A DNA stretch of 64,000 bases, taken from positions 202,501-266,500 of the forward strand of contig CATWVA010000001.1 in assembly GCA_958354105.1 (NCBI GenBank), written 5' to 3'. How positions within the stretch are numbered: position 1 is the first letter of the stretch; each line of letters begins with the position of its first letter. The translations under genes were made by a program, and so were the position numbers. The notes beneath the pieces are model-generated. The model did not search any database, was not told where the DNA came from, and saw only the letters and a list, made by a program, of their open reading frames with translations. The stretch comes from an uncultured Collinsella sp. (GTDB lineage Bacteria; Actinomycetota; Coriobacteriia; Coriobacteriales; Coriobacteriaceae). Shown here one piece after another: positions 39,198-48,218 of this stretch.

Positions 39198-39878
39198 TCA
39201 AAAGGCCTGCCTCCCCTCCGCCTTCGGCCTCAGCAGCAGATCGCCCAGCTCGGGGCACTTGCTGGAAAGGCGCGTCTGAGCTCGCTCGCCTATCCCCCAC
39301 CGCTGACGGACTTCCTGGGCGCGCGGACTCACGTGATAGTCCCCCTCCATCATCTGCTTGAGCAGCTTAGCGGTTACGCGCGCATCGGCCAGGGCGCTGT
39401 GGGCGTGGCCCGTCGACTCGTCGAACTCGATGCCAAACCACGTCGCCGCGTCACTCAAAGAAACACACCCGTGGCTGCCCACGTCCATAATCGAAGTGTA
39501 AAACGCCTGCAGGTCGGCCCAATCCGTAGGAAATGCGGCAAGATCGATGTGTTTTGCCTGGCACTCGGTCAAAAGCTGTCGACGATCCGCCCCGCTCCAA
39601 CAGACCACCTGGGCGGAGTAGCGACCGATCCAATCGCCGAGCCTTTTGATCACCACATAGAGCGGATCGGCCATCGCAGTGTCCACGGCCGATATCCCCG
39701 CAAGCTCGCGGACGGGAAACGCAACGCCTTCGGTAAATTCTGTCTGCACAAACTGCGAGAAATCGCCCATAACGTTGCCGTGATAGTCGAGCTTGACGGC
39801 GCCGACCTCGATAATCTCATTGCGCAGTCCACGGCGCTGGCGCTGCTTTGGCACCGGCGCAAACTCAAAGTCCAGCAC
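39198..39878 (-). CDS. DEDDh-type 3'-5' exonuclease domain protein
   Basis: 226 aa with a GTG start. Has LDFEF (Exo I DxE) and HSALADARVTAKL (Exo III H-x4-D). Confidence 0.7.
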   Translation of the reverse strand: MLDFEFAPVPKQRQRRGLRNEIIEVGAVKLDYHGNVMGDFSQFVQTEFTEGVAFPVRELAGISAVDTAMADPLYVVIKRLGDWIGRYSAQVVCWSGADRRQLLTECQAKHIDLAAFPTDWADLQAFYTSIMDVGSHGCVSLSDAATWFGIEFDESTGHAHSALADARVTAKLLKQMMEGDYHVSPRAQEVRQRWGIGERAQTRLSSKCPELGDLLLRPKAEGRQAF

Positions 39879-40133
39879 AATCTGGCGCGCAAAGTTCGTC
39901 GTATCGATAGCCGAGATACACGGCGCCTTTTTCAGATGACACGGTTAGGGCCTTCCTCCGTTGCTTGCCGTTCGTTTCTCGAACGGTCATATCACAGTAA
40001 GCGTAGCTGCCCGTGCGAACACAAAATTGCGCGGCGGCGCCGTTGCGGGTCCTGGGACGCATGTTCCATTTGAGGCTCTGCCGGAAAGCGCATCCCATTC
40101 TGAGCGCCAATTCCGGGACACAGTTTCCGCTCC

Positions 40134-40169
40134 AAGCAAAAGGCCCCGGCTCGCGATGGAGCCGGGGCC
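40134..40169 (-). terminator. rho-independent terminator after xdhD
   Basis: 11-bp perfect stem ggccccggctc/gagccggggcc with a 6-nt loop, followed on the minus strand by TTTTGCTT. Confidence 0.85.
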
Positions 40170-40238
40170 AAAGGCGCAGTGTATGCAGTTGGTGTTGAGC
40201 GCGGACGGTCCGTCAGCAATGGGCGTCCGTGTTCTACC

Positions 40239-43016
40239 CTACCCGCGGTTGCGGACGCGGCTGTAGGGCGTATCCACCATGGGTAGATCGGGACGCAGCT
40301 TGCCGTCGAATGCGCGATAGGCGTTCTGCACGGCGGGCGCCGTGGGGATCGTTGCAATCTCGCCGATGCCCTTGCCGCCGTATGCCACAGGCAGTAGCTC
40401 GTCCTTCTCCACGTAGATGGCGTGGATATCCGGAATCTCGGGCGCACGGAACAGTCCGAGCGTGCCGTACCTGGCTTGGGGCACGCAGTCCTTGAGCGGC
40501 CAGTCCTCAGTCAGCGCATAGCCCATACCCATGAGCACGCCGCCTTCGATCTGACCCTGGATGGAGATGGGGTTGACCACCTTGCCGGAATCGTGCGCGG
40601 CATAGACCTCGCTCACGCGGCCGTCATCATCCAAAATGACCACATGCGTGGCAAAGCCGTAGCAGATGTGGCTCTTGGGGTTGGGAACGTCAGCGCCCAG
40701 CTTGTCGGTCGGCTCCAGGTACACGTAGCCGAACTCGCAGCCCTCGAGCGCCTTGATGGCGATCGCGGGATCCTGAGGATGCATACCCTGGCCGGCGACG
40801 AGTTCCTGCGTGCGCAGCTGGTAGGCGCGGCCGTCGTCGTACTCGATCTTGATGCCGTCGCCATGTGCGTTCACGGGAGCATCGGGCGCAGGCTTACCGG
40901 CCTCGATGCCGACCATGGCATCGCGCAGCAGGAAGGCGGCACCGCGCACGGCCTCGCCGGTCACGACCGTCTGACGCGAGCCAGACGTGGTGCCGGAGTC
41001 GGGAGCGTTCTCGGTGGAACACTCGCCGTTGGCAATGTAGCGAAGCGGCAGACCGCATGCCTCGGCAACGTCCTGCAAAAAGACGGTGTTGCAGCCCTGG
41101 CCGATGTCGGATGTGGCGGCATAGACCACGGCCACGCCGTCCTCGATGCGAATCTTGCAGCGGCCGGCATCGGGCAGGCCCACGCCCACACCGGCATTCT
41201 TCATGGCGCAGGCAATGCCAGCGTGTCCGGGATGCGCGTAGTAGGCATCCTTGACCTCGAGCAGCGTCTCCTTAAGCGCCGTGGAGCAGTCGGCGATCTG
41301 GCCGTTGGGCAGAACCTCGCCCGGCTCGATGGCATTACGGTAACGAATCTCCCACGGGTCCAGGCCGACCTTCTCTGACAGCAAGTCGATCAGGCTCTCG
41401 AGCGCAAACTCGGACTGGCAAACGCCAAAGCCGCGGTACGCGCCGGCGGGCGGGTTGTTGGTGTAGTAGCCAAAACCGCGAATGTCGGTGTTCTGGTACT
41501 TGTAGGGGCCGACGGCATGCGTGCAGGCGCGCTCGAGCACCGGGCCGCACAGCGACGCGTAGGCGCCGGTGTCAAAGTTGATCTCGCAGTCCAGACCGGT
41601 AAAGTTGCCCTCGGCGTCGCAGCCCAGCGTAAAGGTACCGTCCATGGCATGGCGCTTGGGATGGAAAGCGAGCGACTCGGCACGCGTGAGCTTGCACTTC
41701 ACAGGACGCTGGAACTTATATGCGGCGAGCGCGGCCAGATGCTGGATGGACACGTCCTCCTTGCCGCCAAAGCCGCCACCCACAAGCATGGTCTCGACGA
41801 CCACACGCTCGGGTTCGTTGTCCCAGCCAAACATGTGGGCACACTCTTTGCGCGTGTCGTAGGCACCCTGGTCGGTCGACCGCACCTTGACGCCGTTCTT
41901 GTACGGGAAGGCGACGGCGCACTCGGGCTCCAAGAAGGCATGCTCGGTAAAGGGCGTGGTAAAGCGCTGCGTCACGGTAAACGCGCTCTCCGCCAGCGCC
42001 TTGGCGGCGTCGCCGCGCGTCACGTGACGGCTCTGGCACACGTTGTCCTTGAGCTCCACCGTGTTGCCAAAGGCAAAGAAGCTGTCATGCAGGCGTGGGG
42101 CATCGGCGGCCCTGGCCTCGACAATGTTGCGCACGGGCTCCAGCGGCTCGTAATCGATCTTTACGAGCTTCTTGGCCTTCTCGAGCGTCGCCTCGTCCTC
42201 GGCAACCGCCAGCACGATGGCGTCACCCACGCAGCGGGTGATATCGCCCTGGGCGATCATGACGTCCCAGTCCTGGATAAGGTGGCCGACCTGGTTGACC
42301 GGCACGTCCTCGGCGCGCAGGATGCCCACCACACCGGGCAGGGCCTCGGCCTTGGAGGTATCGATGGAGAGCACGCGGGCGCGCGGGTACTTGGAGCGCA
42401 CGGCGCTGGCGTAGGTCAGACCCGGTTGATCGAGCTCGTCGATGTCATCGGGGTATTTACCCTCGCCGAGCACCTTCTTGCGCACGTCAATACGGAAGGC
42501 GCGCTTGCCCACACCGTAATCGTCGCCGCGCTCCAGGCCCTCGTCGATCTGCTTTTCGCCGCGGAGCACCGCAGCAGCCAGTGAAATGCCCTCGATGATC
42601 TTCTTGTAGCCGGTGCAGCGGCAGACGTTGCCGCGAATGGCGTACTTGATCTGTTCCTCGGTGGGCTCGGGATCCTCGGCGATGAGCGCTGCACCCGCCA
42701 TGACCATACCGGGGATGCAAAAACCGCACTGCACGGCGCCCACGGCGCCAAAGGCGTACACAAAGGCCTCGCGCACGTCCTGGGGCAGGCCCTCGACGGT
42801 CACGATGTTGCGGCCGGCGGCAAGAGCAGTGGTCAGAACGCACGCCTTCACAGCCGCACCGTCTACATGGATGGTGCAGGTACCGCAGGCGCCCTCGGAG
42901 CAGCCGTCCTTAGCGGAATGGATGTGCAGGTCGTCGCGCAAGTAGCGGAGCAGCGGCTTGTTCTGAGTCGTCGTGCGCTCGACGCCGTTAACGGTAAAAG
43001 TGAATTCCTGTGCCAT
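40239..43016 (-). CDS. xdhD: molybdopterin-dependent hydroxylase with a fused N-terminal [2Fe-2S] domain (XdhD / selenium-dependent xanthine dehydrogenase type)
   Basis: 925 aa. N-terminal CSEGACGTCT and QCGFCIPG ... CRCTGY 2Fe-2S motifs, followed by aldehyde-oxidase/xanthine-dehydrogenase Mo-binding domains. Confidence 0.88.
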   Translation of the reverse strand: MAQEFTFTVNGVERTTTQNKPLLRYLRDDLHIHSAKDGCSEGACGTCTIHVDGAAVKACVLTTALAAGRNIVTVEGLPQDVREAFVYAFGAVGAVQCGFCIPGMVMAGAALIAEDPEPTEEQIKYAIRGNVCRCTGYKKIIEGISLAAAVLRGEKQIDEGLERGDDYGVGKRAFRIDVRKKVLGEGKYPDDIDELDQPGLTYASAVRSKYPRARVLSIDTSKAEALPGVVGILRAEDVPVNQVGHLIQDWDVMIAQGDITRCVGDAIVLAVAEDEATLEKAKKLVKIDYEPLEPVRNIVEARAADAPRLHDSFFAFGNTVELKDNVCQSRHVTRGDAAKALAESAFTVTQRFTTPFTEHAFLEPECAVAFPYKNGVKVRSTDQGAYDTRKECAHMFGWDNEPERVVVETMLVGGGFGGKEDVSIQHLAALAAYKFQRPVKCKLTRAESLAFHPKRHAMDGTFTLGCDAEGNFTGLDCEINFDTGAYASLCGPVLERACTHAVGPYKYQNTDIRGFGYYTNNPPAGAYRGFGVCQSEFALESLIDLLSEKVGLDPWEIRYRNAIEPGEVLPNGQIADCSTALKETLLEVKDAYYAHPGHAGIACAMKNAGVGVGLPDAGRCKIRIEDGVAVVYAATSDIGQGCNTVFLQDVAEACGLPLRYIANGECSTENAPDSGTTSGSRQTVVTGEAVRGAAFLLRDAMVGIEAGKPAPDAPVNAHGDGIKIEYDDGRAYQLRTQELVAGQGMHPQDPAIAIKALEGCEFGYVYLEPTDKLGADVPNPKSHICYGFATHVVILDDDGRVSEVYAAHDSGKVVNPISIQGQIEGGVLMGMGYALTEDWPLKDCVPQARYGTLGLFRAPEIPDIHAIYVEKDELLPVAYGGKGIGEIATIPTAPAVQNAYRAFDGKLRPDLPMVDTPYSRVRNRG

Positions 43017-43028
43017 GGTGATTCCCTT

Positions 43029-43508
43029 CTACACGCCGGCGGCGATGCCGGTGCGGTCGTGGATGGCGCCATGCGGGCAGACGACAGCGCACATGCCACA
43101 CGACAGGCAGTCCGCGCCGTCGATATGGGCGCAGTTGTCCTCGATGCGGATAGCGCTGGCAGGGCACTTTTTGGCGCACATACCGCAACCGATGCAGCTC
43201 GTGTCGCAGATCTTGCGCGCAATGGCGCCCTTGTCGGTGTTGTTGCAGCGCACCAGGATGTTCTGGTAGCCGGGAACGAAGGCAATCACGCGCTGTGGAC
43301 ACGCCATGCCGCACAGGCCACAGCCCGTGCACTTTGAGCGATCCACGCGGGCGATGCCATCGACCAGCGCAATGGCGCCGTGGGGGCAGGCCGTGACACA
43401 GGCGCCACAGCCAATGCAGCCTTCGCTGCAGCGGGCGTCGCCACCTGCGGAAGCACAGCCGCTTCCGCAGGCAACGTAGGCCACGTTATGTTGAATGGAT
43501 TTGGCCAT
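43029..43508 (-). CDS. 4Fe-4S ferredoxin-type protein with four cluster motifs (YgfS-like)
   Basis: 159 aa with four CxxCxxCxxxCP motifs (CIGCGACVTACP, CTGCGLCGMACP, CIGCGMCAKKCP, CLSCGMCAVVCP). Confidence 0.85.
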   Translation of the reverse strand: MAKSIQHNVAYVACGSGCASAGGDARCSEGCIGCGACVTACPHGAIALVDGIARVDRSKCTGCGLCGMACPQRVIAFVPGYQNILVRCNNTDKGAIARKICDTSCIGCGMCAKKCPASAIRIEDNCAHIDGADCLSCGMCAVVCPHGAIHDRTGIAAGV

Positions 43509-43518
43509 AAGGGGTCCC

Positions 43519-46518
43519 TTATTTCTTAAGAAGATACGGATAGCTGTCGCGCACGGCCCTGATGGTCAGGCGGACGGCCTCGGGAAGACCGGTGTTGACG
43601 GCATCGACCGAGACGGTGCGGACCGTGCCGGCGACGCGGACTTTAAAGTGGTCCTCGTCCACGGCCAGGAAGCCCTCGTTCTCGGAGTTCTCCATGTCCT
43701 GCTCGCTCCAGAACAGGGTGAGCTTGTCCTTATAGGGACGACCCTCCTGGTAGGGGCAGAACACGGCGCAGTTGCCGCACTCGTTGCACATGCCGTCGAT
43801 GTGGACGACCTGATGCTTGGCCAGGCCCGGCACCTTAATTGCCACGTTGGCGCGGTTGGGGCACACGTCGCAGCAGACCTCGCACACCGAGCCGCAGCCC
43901 AGGCAGCGAGTCTTGGTGCAGTTGCTCTTGTCACGGCACAGCGACCCCTTGCGCTCGTAGCAGGCGTCCTCGCGACCGGCCCGCTCGTTGCAGTCGGCGT
44001 ACTTGTTAAAGTCCACGCCAGCGATGGCACGGGCGACCTCGGCGGCGTCGGCGATAGCCTCGACCACGGTGGCAGGACCGCGGCGGCAGTCACCGGCAGC
44101 CCAAACGCCCTCGACGCCGGTGGAGGTGGCGGCAAGACGGCCGCGACGGTCGTGCTCGACGCCCGCGGCATCGTACAGGCTGGCATCGATGCCCTCGCCC
44201 ACAGCGCAGATCACCGTGGTGGCGGAAAGCTCGACGGTCTCGCCCGTGGCGACGGGGCTGCGACGGCCGCTTGCATCCGGCTCGCCAAGCTCCATAACGT
44301 CGCAGGTCAGCACGGCACCGTTGAGTACCTTGGGCGCCAGCAGCTCGCAGAACTCAACGCCGTCGGCAAGAGCAAGATCGAGCTCTTCCTCGTCGGCGGG
44401 CATTTGCTTCTTGGTGCGGCGATACACCAGGCGCACGTTCTTCACACCTGCCAGGCGCTTGGCCACGCGGGCCGCGTCCATAGCGGTGTTGCCGGCGCCA
44501 ATAACCACGACGTCCTCGCCCAGCTCGAGCTTCTCGCCCTTCTTGGCGGCCTCGAGGAACTCCAGCACGTCGAGCTCGGCACCCTCGCCCAGGCCCGCAG
44601 AGCCGGGCATCCAGGCACCGGTGGCCACGACCACGTCGGTAAAGCCCTGGGCCTTGAGTTTGTCGATGGAATCCACGCGAGCGTTGAGCTCCACCTTGGC
44701 GCCAAAGGCCAGGCAGAGCTCGGCATCGTGGGAGATATCGTCGCTCGCGATACGGAACTCGGGGATCACGTGACGGACCACGCCGCCGAGAGAGTCGCGG
44801 GCCTCGAAGATGGTGACGGGCACGCCGGCACGCGTCAGGAAGAACGCCGTCGCCAGACCGGCCGGGCCGCCGCCGATAACGGCAACGTTGCGCTCGCCGT
44901 CGCTGGCAATGGCCTGGGCGCGCAGCTTGGGCAGCACGGCGGTCATGGCCTCGCGGGCGGCCTTGAGCTTGCTGGCGCGAATCTGGGCGCCCTCGGGCTC
45001 GTAGAACGCACGCTCGCAGGCACGGCCGCAGGGATGCGGGCAGATGGTGCCGGTAATGAACGGCAGGGCGTTGCGCTCGATGATGATGTTGAGCGCGTCC
45101 TCGTAGCGGCCCTCGTCAACAGCCGCCAGGTAGGCGGGAATATCCTGCTGGATGGGGCAGCTCGTGCGGCACGGCGTGGTAAAGCAGTCGGAAAGCGGGC
45201 TCTTGCCGGCGACCTTGCGGTCGGGCAGCGGGCGCAGCGGCTTCTTGTAGAGCGGGTTGGTGAGCGAGTCGGTCTGGATCGCAGTCACGGCCTCGAGAGA
45301 GACGCCCGCGAACGGCTTGCCGTCCAGATCGGTAAACTCGCCGGCCATCTGGCTAAAGCGCTCGTAGCCACCGGGCTTGAGTACGTCGGTCGCCAGGGTA
45401 ACGGGCCAAATGCCGGCATCGTACAGGGCACGGATGTTGTAGACCGTGGCACCACCGGAGTAGCTGATGCGCAGCTTGCCGTCAAACTGATCGGTAATGC
45501 GGCGGGCAGCCTCGATGGTCAGCGAGAACAGCGAACGGCCGGACATATACATCTCGGTGGAAGGCAGCTCGTTCCTCGTCACGTCGACGGGGAACGTGTT
45601 GGTCAGCTTGACGCCAAACTCCAGGCCGCGCTCGGCGCACAGGGCAATCAGGCGCTCGAACATGGGCACGGCGTCGACCCACTGCAGGTCCTCGCGGAAG
45701 TGCGTGTCATCGAAGACGATGTAGTCAAAGCCCAGCTCGTTGAGGCGCTGGCGGGCAAACTCATAGCCCAGCAGCGTGGGGTTGCACTTGATGTAGGTAT
45801 TGAGGCCCTTCTCGGTGATGAGGTAGGTCGCAATGCGCTCGATCTCGGCGGGCGGGCAGCCGTGCAGGGTAGACTCGGTGATGGAGTTGGAGACGCGCGC
45901 CGGAATGGACTCGACAAACGCAGCGTCGACATGCTCAAACTTGTCCAGGTTGGCAAGCGCCCAGACACGGCACTCGTTCCAGACGTCGGAGCCGCTGGCA
46001 TCCTTCATGCCCTCGATGTAGGCGTCGACCTTGGGGCTCTTAATGCCCTCCAGGTCATAGCCCACCGACATGTTGAAGACAAAGCCGTCCGGGCTACCCA
46101 GACCGTACTCGCGAGCGATCAGGTGGCAGGCAAACCATGCCTTCACGTACTCGGCAAAGGCCTGCGGAACCTCGAGCTCGGTCGACCATTCGCAGTTGTA
46201 GCACTCGTCCTGAGCCACGATGCAGGGCTTGTTGACGCACTTGGAGAGCTCCTCGCCGTCCATAACCTGGACGGTCTTGAGCTCAAAGAAGCGAGAACCG
46301 GCCACATAAGAGGCCACGATGTTCTGGGCCAGCTGCGTATTGGGACCGGCAGCCGGGCCAAACGGAGTCTCGATGCGCTCGTCAAAAATGGGAAGCGCAC
46401 CCTCCTGGTTGGTCGTGACCATCTTACGCACGCCAAAGATGGCGTCCTGGGTCTTGTGCTCCTCGATGATCCAGTTCATCAGCTGCGAAAACGGGATCGG
46501 CCTCATGATGTCGCTCAT
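43519..46518 (-). CDS. ygfK: YgfK-type Fe-S flavoprotein (annotated elsewhere as putative selenate reductase subunit)
   Basis: 999 aa from ATG 46518 (MSDIMRPIPFSQL), preceded by GAGAGGAG. Has a DPD-like barrel, a GGGPAG FAD/NAD(P) site and C-terminal Fe-S Cys clusters. Confidence 0.88.
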   Translation of the reverse strand: MSDIMRPIPFSQLMNWIIEEHKTQDAIFGVRKMVTTNQEGALPIFDERIETPFGPAAGPNTQLAQNIVASYVAGSRFFELKTVQVMDGEELSKCVNKPCIVAQDECYNCEWSTELEVPQAFAEYVKAWFACHLIAREYGLGSPDGFVFNMSVGYDLEGIKSPKVDAYIEGMKDASGSDVWNECRVWALANLDKFEHVDAAFVESIPARVSNSITESTLHGCPPAEIERIATYLITEKGLNTYIKCNPTLLGYEFARQRLNELGFDYIVFDDTHFREDLQWVDAVPMFERLIALCAERGLEFGVKLTNTFPVDVTRNELPSTEMYMSGRSLFSLTIEAARRITDQFDGKLRISYSGGATVYNIRALYDAGIWPVTLATDVLKPGGYERFSQMAGEFTDLDGKPFAGVSLEAVTAIQTDSLTNPLYKKPLRPLPDRKVAGKSPLSDCFTTPCRTSCPIQQDIPAYLAAVDEGRYEDALNIIIERNALPFITGTICPHPCGRACERAFYEPEGAQIRASKLKAAREAMTAVLPKLRAQAIASDGERNVAVIGGGPAGLATAFFLTRAGVPVTIFEARDSLGGVVRHVIPEFRIASDDISHDAELCLAFGAKVELNARVDSIDKLKAQGFTDVVVATGAWMPGSAGLGEGAELDVLEFLEAAKKGEKLELGEDVVVIGAGNTAMDAARVAKRLAGVKNVRLVYRRTKKQMPADEEELDLALADGVEFCELLAPKVLNGAVLTCDVMELGEPDASGRRSPVATGETVELSATTVICAVGEGIDASLYDAAGVEHDRRGRLAATSTGVEGVWAAGDCRRGPATVVEAIADAAEVARAIAGVDFNKYADCNERAGREDACYERKGSLCRDKSNCTKTRCLGCGSVCEVCCDVCPNRANVAIKVPGLAKHQVVHIDGMCNECGNCAVFCPYQEGRPYKDKLTLFWSEQDMENSENEGFLAVDEDHFKVRVAGTVRTVSVDAVNTGLPEAVRLTIRAVRDSYPYLLKK

Positions 46519-46617
46519 AGTGAGCTCCTCTCTGTAACGCCCGGCGAGACCGCGCGGCGGGCGCAAATACGGTGTAGCGCTAGCACAGCGCCGGCGACCC
46601 CGCGGAGGCCGCCTATA

Positions 46618-46651
46618 CGCGCGTCGGATGCGGCGAAACATCCGACGCGCG
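46618..46651 (-). other. GC-rich 13-bp perfect hairpin between ssnA and ygfK
   Basis: cgcgcgtcggatg-N8-catccgacgcgcg. No U-tract follows, so it is not a canonical terminator. Confidence 0.5.
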
Positions 46652-46667
46652 CGAATCTACTTGTGAA

Positions 46668-48023
46668 TTAGTAGGTGCGATCGTTGAGCGTGCTCCAGAG
46701 CTTCTTGGACTCGGCCATGGTCCACGCGTTGATCTTGTCCTCATCAATGCCAACGAACTCGCGATCCTTGTACAGGACGCGGCCGTTGATGATGGTGGTG
46801 CGGCAGTTTTTGCCCATCATGCCAAAGAGCATGTGGCCGTCGATATTCTCCTCGCTCAGCGGCGTAAAGGGCTTGTAGTCCATGACGATGACGTCGGCGG
46901 CAGCGCCGGCCTCGAGCACGCCGAGCTTGCGATCAAAGTACTTGCTCGCCATCTTGGCGTTGTTCTCGAACAGCATGGTCATGGCCTCGCACCAGCCCAC
47001 GTTGGGCATGGCGGCGTTGTGGCGCTGAATGATCAGGAAGACCTTGAGGCTCTCGAGCATGTCGTGGGTGTAGGCGTCGGTGCCCATGCACACGGGGATG
47101 CCGCGGCGGAAGAACTCGAGCACGGGGGCGCAGCCCACGGCGTTGCCCATATTGGATTCGGGGTTGTTGACGAGCCAGGTGCCGGACTCCTTGACGATAT
47201 CCATCTCGGCAGGCGTCACGTGGATGCAGTGGCCGAGCATGGTGTCGGGACCCAGCAGGTTGTGCTGCAGCAGGCGCTCGACGGGGCTGATGCCACCGCG
47301 GTTGAGACGGGAGTCCCACACGTCATTCATGCCCTCGCACACATGGATGTGGAAGCCGGTCAGGCCGTTGTTGGCCTCGGCCATCTTGTCCATGGTCTCG
47401 TCCGACAGCGTAAAGGTGGCGTGACCGCCAAACATGGCGGCGATCATGTGGTTGTCGTTATCGCGACGCTCCTTGGCGGCCCACTGGGCAAATTCGGCGT
47501 TCTCGGCAATGGCCTGGTCGCATTTTTCCTGGCCGCGGCGATCGGAGACCTCGTAGCACAGGCACGAACGCATGCCCAGCTCCTGAGCTGCATCCTTAAT
47601 GGTAAAGAGGCTTCCCGGGATCTCGCAGAAGCTCGCATGGTGATCGAAGATCGTGGTAACGCCATCGCGGATGGAGTCAAGGATTGTGGCATAGGCGCTG
47701 GCCTTGGTGCCGTCGAGCGTCAGGTTATCGTCGATCTTCCACCACTGCTGCTCAAGATTCTCCAGGAAGTTGGTGGGGTTGCAGCCCTTAATGGCAAGGC
47801 CGCGGGCGAGACCCGAGTAGATGTGGGTATGGCAGTTGATGAGTCCGGGCATGATGAGGTTGCCCTGGGCGTCGACGTACTCGGCATCCGGGTACTTGGC
47901 CTTGAGTTCGCACTCGGGGCCCACTTCGACGATCGTATCTCCGTCAATGGCGACCGCACCGTTGGGAATGAACGGGGTCTGAGCGTTGCGAGTAAAGACG
48001 GAACCGTTAGCGACCAGAAGCAT
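46668..48023 (-). CDS. ssnA: SsnA-type amidohydrolase (putative aminohydrolase)
   Basis: 451 aa from ATG 48023 (MLLVANGSVF). Has the GLINCHTH metal motif in ygfK-ssnA context. Confidence 0.85.
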   Translation of the reverse strand: MLLVANGSVFTRNAQTPFIPNGAVAIDGDTIVEVGPECELKAKYPDAEYVDAQGNLIMPGLINCHTHIYSGLARGLAIKGCNPTNFLENLEQQWWKIDDNLTLDGTKASAYATILDSIRDGVTTIFDHHASFCEIPGSLFTIKDAAQELGMRSCLCYEVSDRRGQEKCDQAIAENAEFAQWAAKERRDNDNHMIAAMFGGHATFTLSDETMDKMAEANNGLTGFHIHVCEGMNDVWDSRLNRGGISPVERLLQHNLLGPDTMLGHCIHVTPAEMDIVKESGTWLVNNPESNMGNAVGCAPVLEFFRRGIPVCMGTDAYTHDMLESLKVFLIIQRHNAAMPNVGWCEAMTMLFENNAKMASKYFDRKLGVLEAGAAADVIVMDYKPFTPLSEENIDGHMLFGMMGKNCRTTIINGRVLYKDREFVGIDEDKINAWTMAESKKLWSTLNDRTY

Positions 48024-48218
48024 GAATGCTCCCTTCAACATCAGGGGCGGGGTTTGACACCTCTGACATGGCGGAGTGCGAAGCGCCGGCCTACACCGGA
48101 AACGGGCCCTCTCCCGTCAACGCTTCACCAAAGGGACAAACCCTTTGAAGTGCGGTTTGGCGCCGCATGACGTCGGCGGACGAGGCGATGCGCCCGCCGA
48201 CGAATAGCACCGAATTGG

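Noticed and set aside
43495-46671. Very long plus-strand ORF (1058 aa) and many other long ORFs antisense to confident genes, for example 17139-18590, 22095-23222, 25077-26390, 27008-28273, 31805-33427, 33554-34954, 46833-48170, 48276-49652, 52047-53393, 59024-60007 and 61142-62200.
   Set aside because: Their translations are low-complexity and rich in Ala/Gly/Arg/Val/Asp with no recognisable family. Each lies exactly opposite a gene with clear homology. Such shadow ORFs are expected in GC-rich DNA because stop codons are rare.
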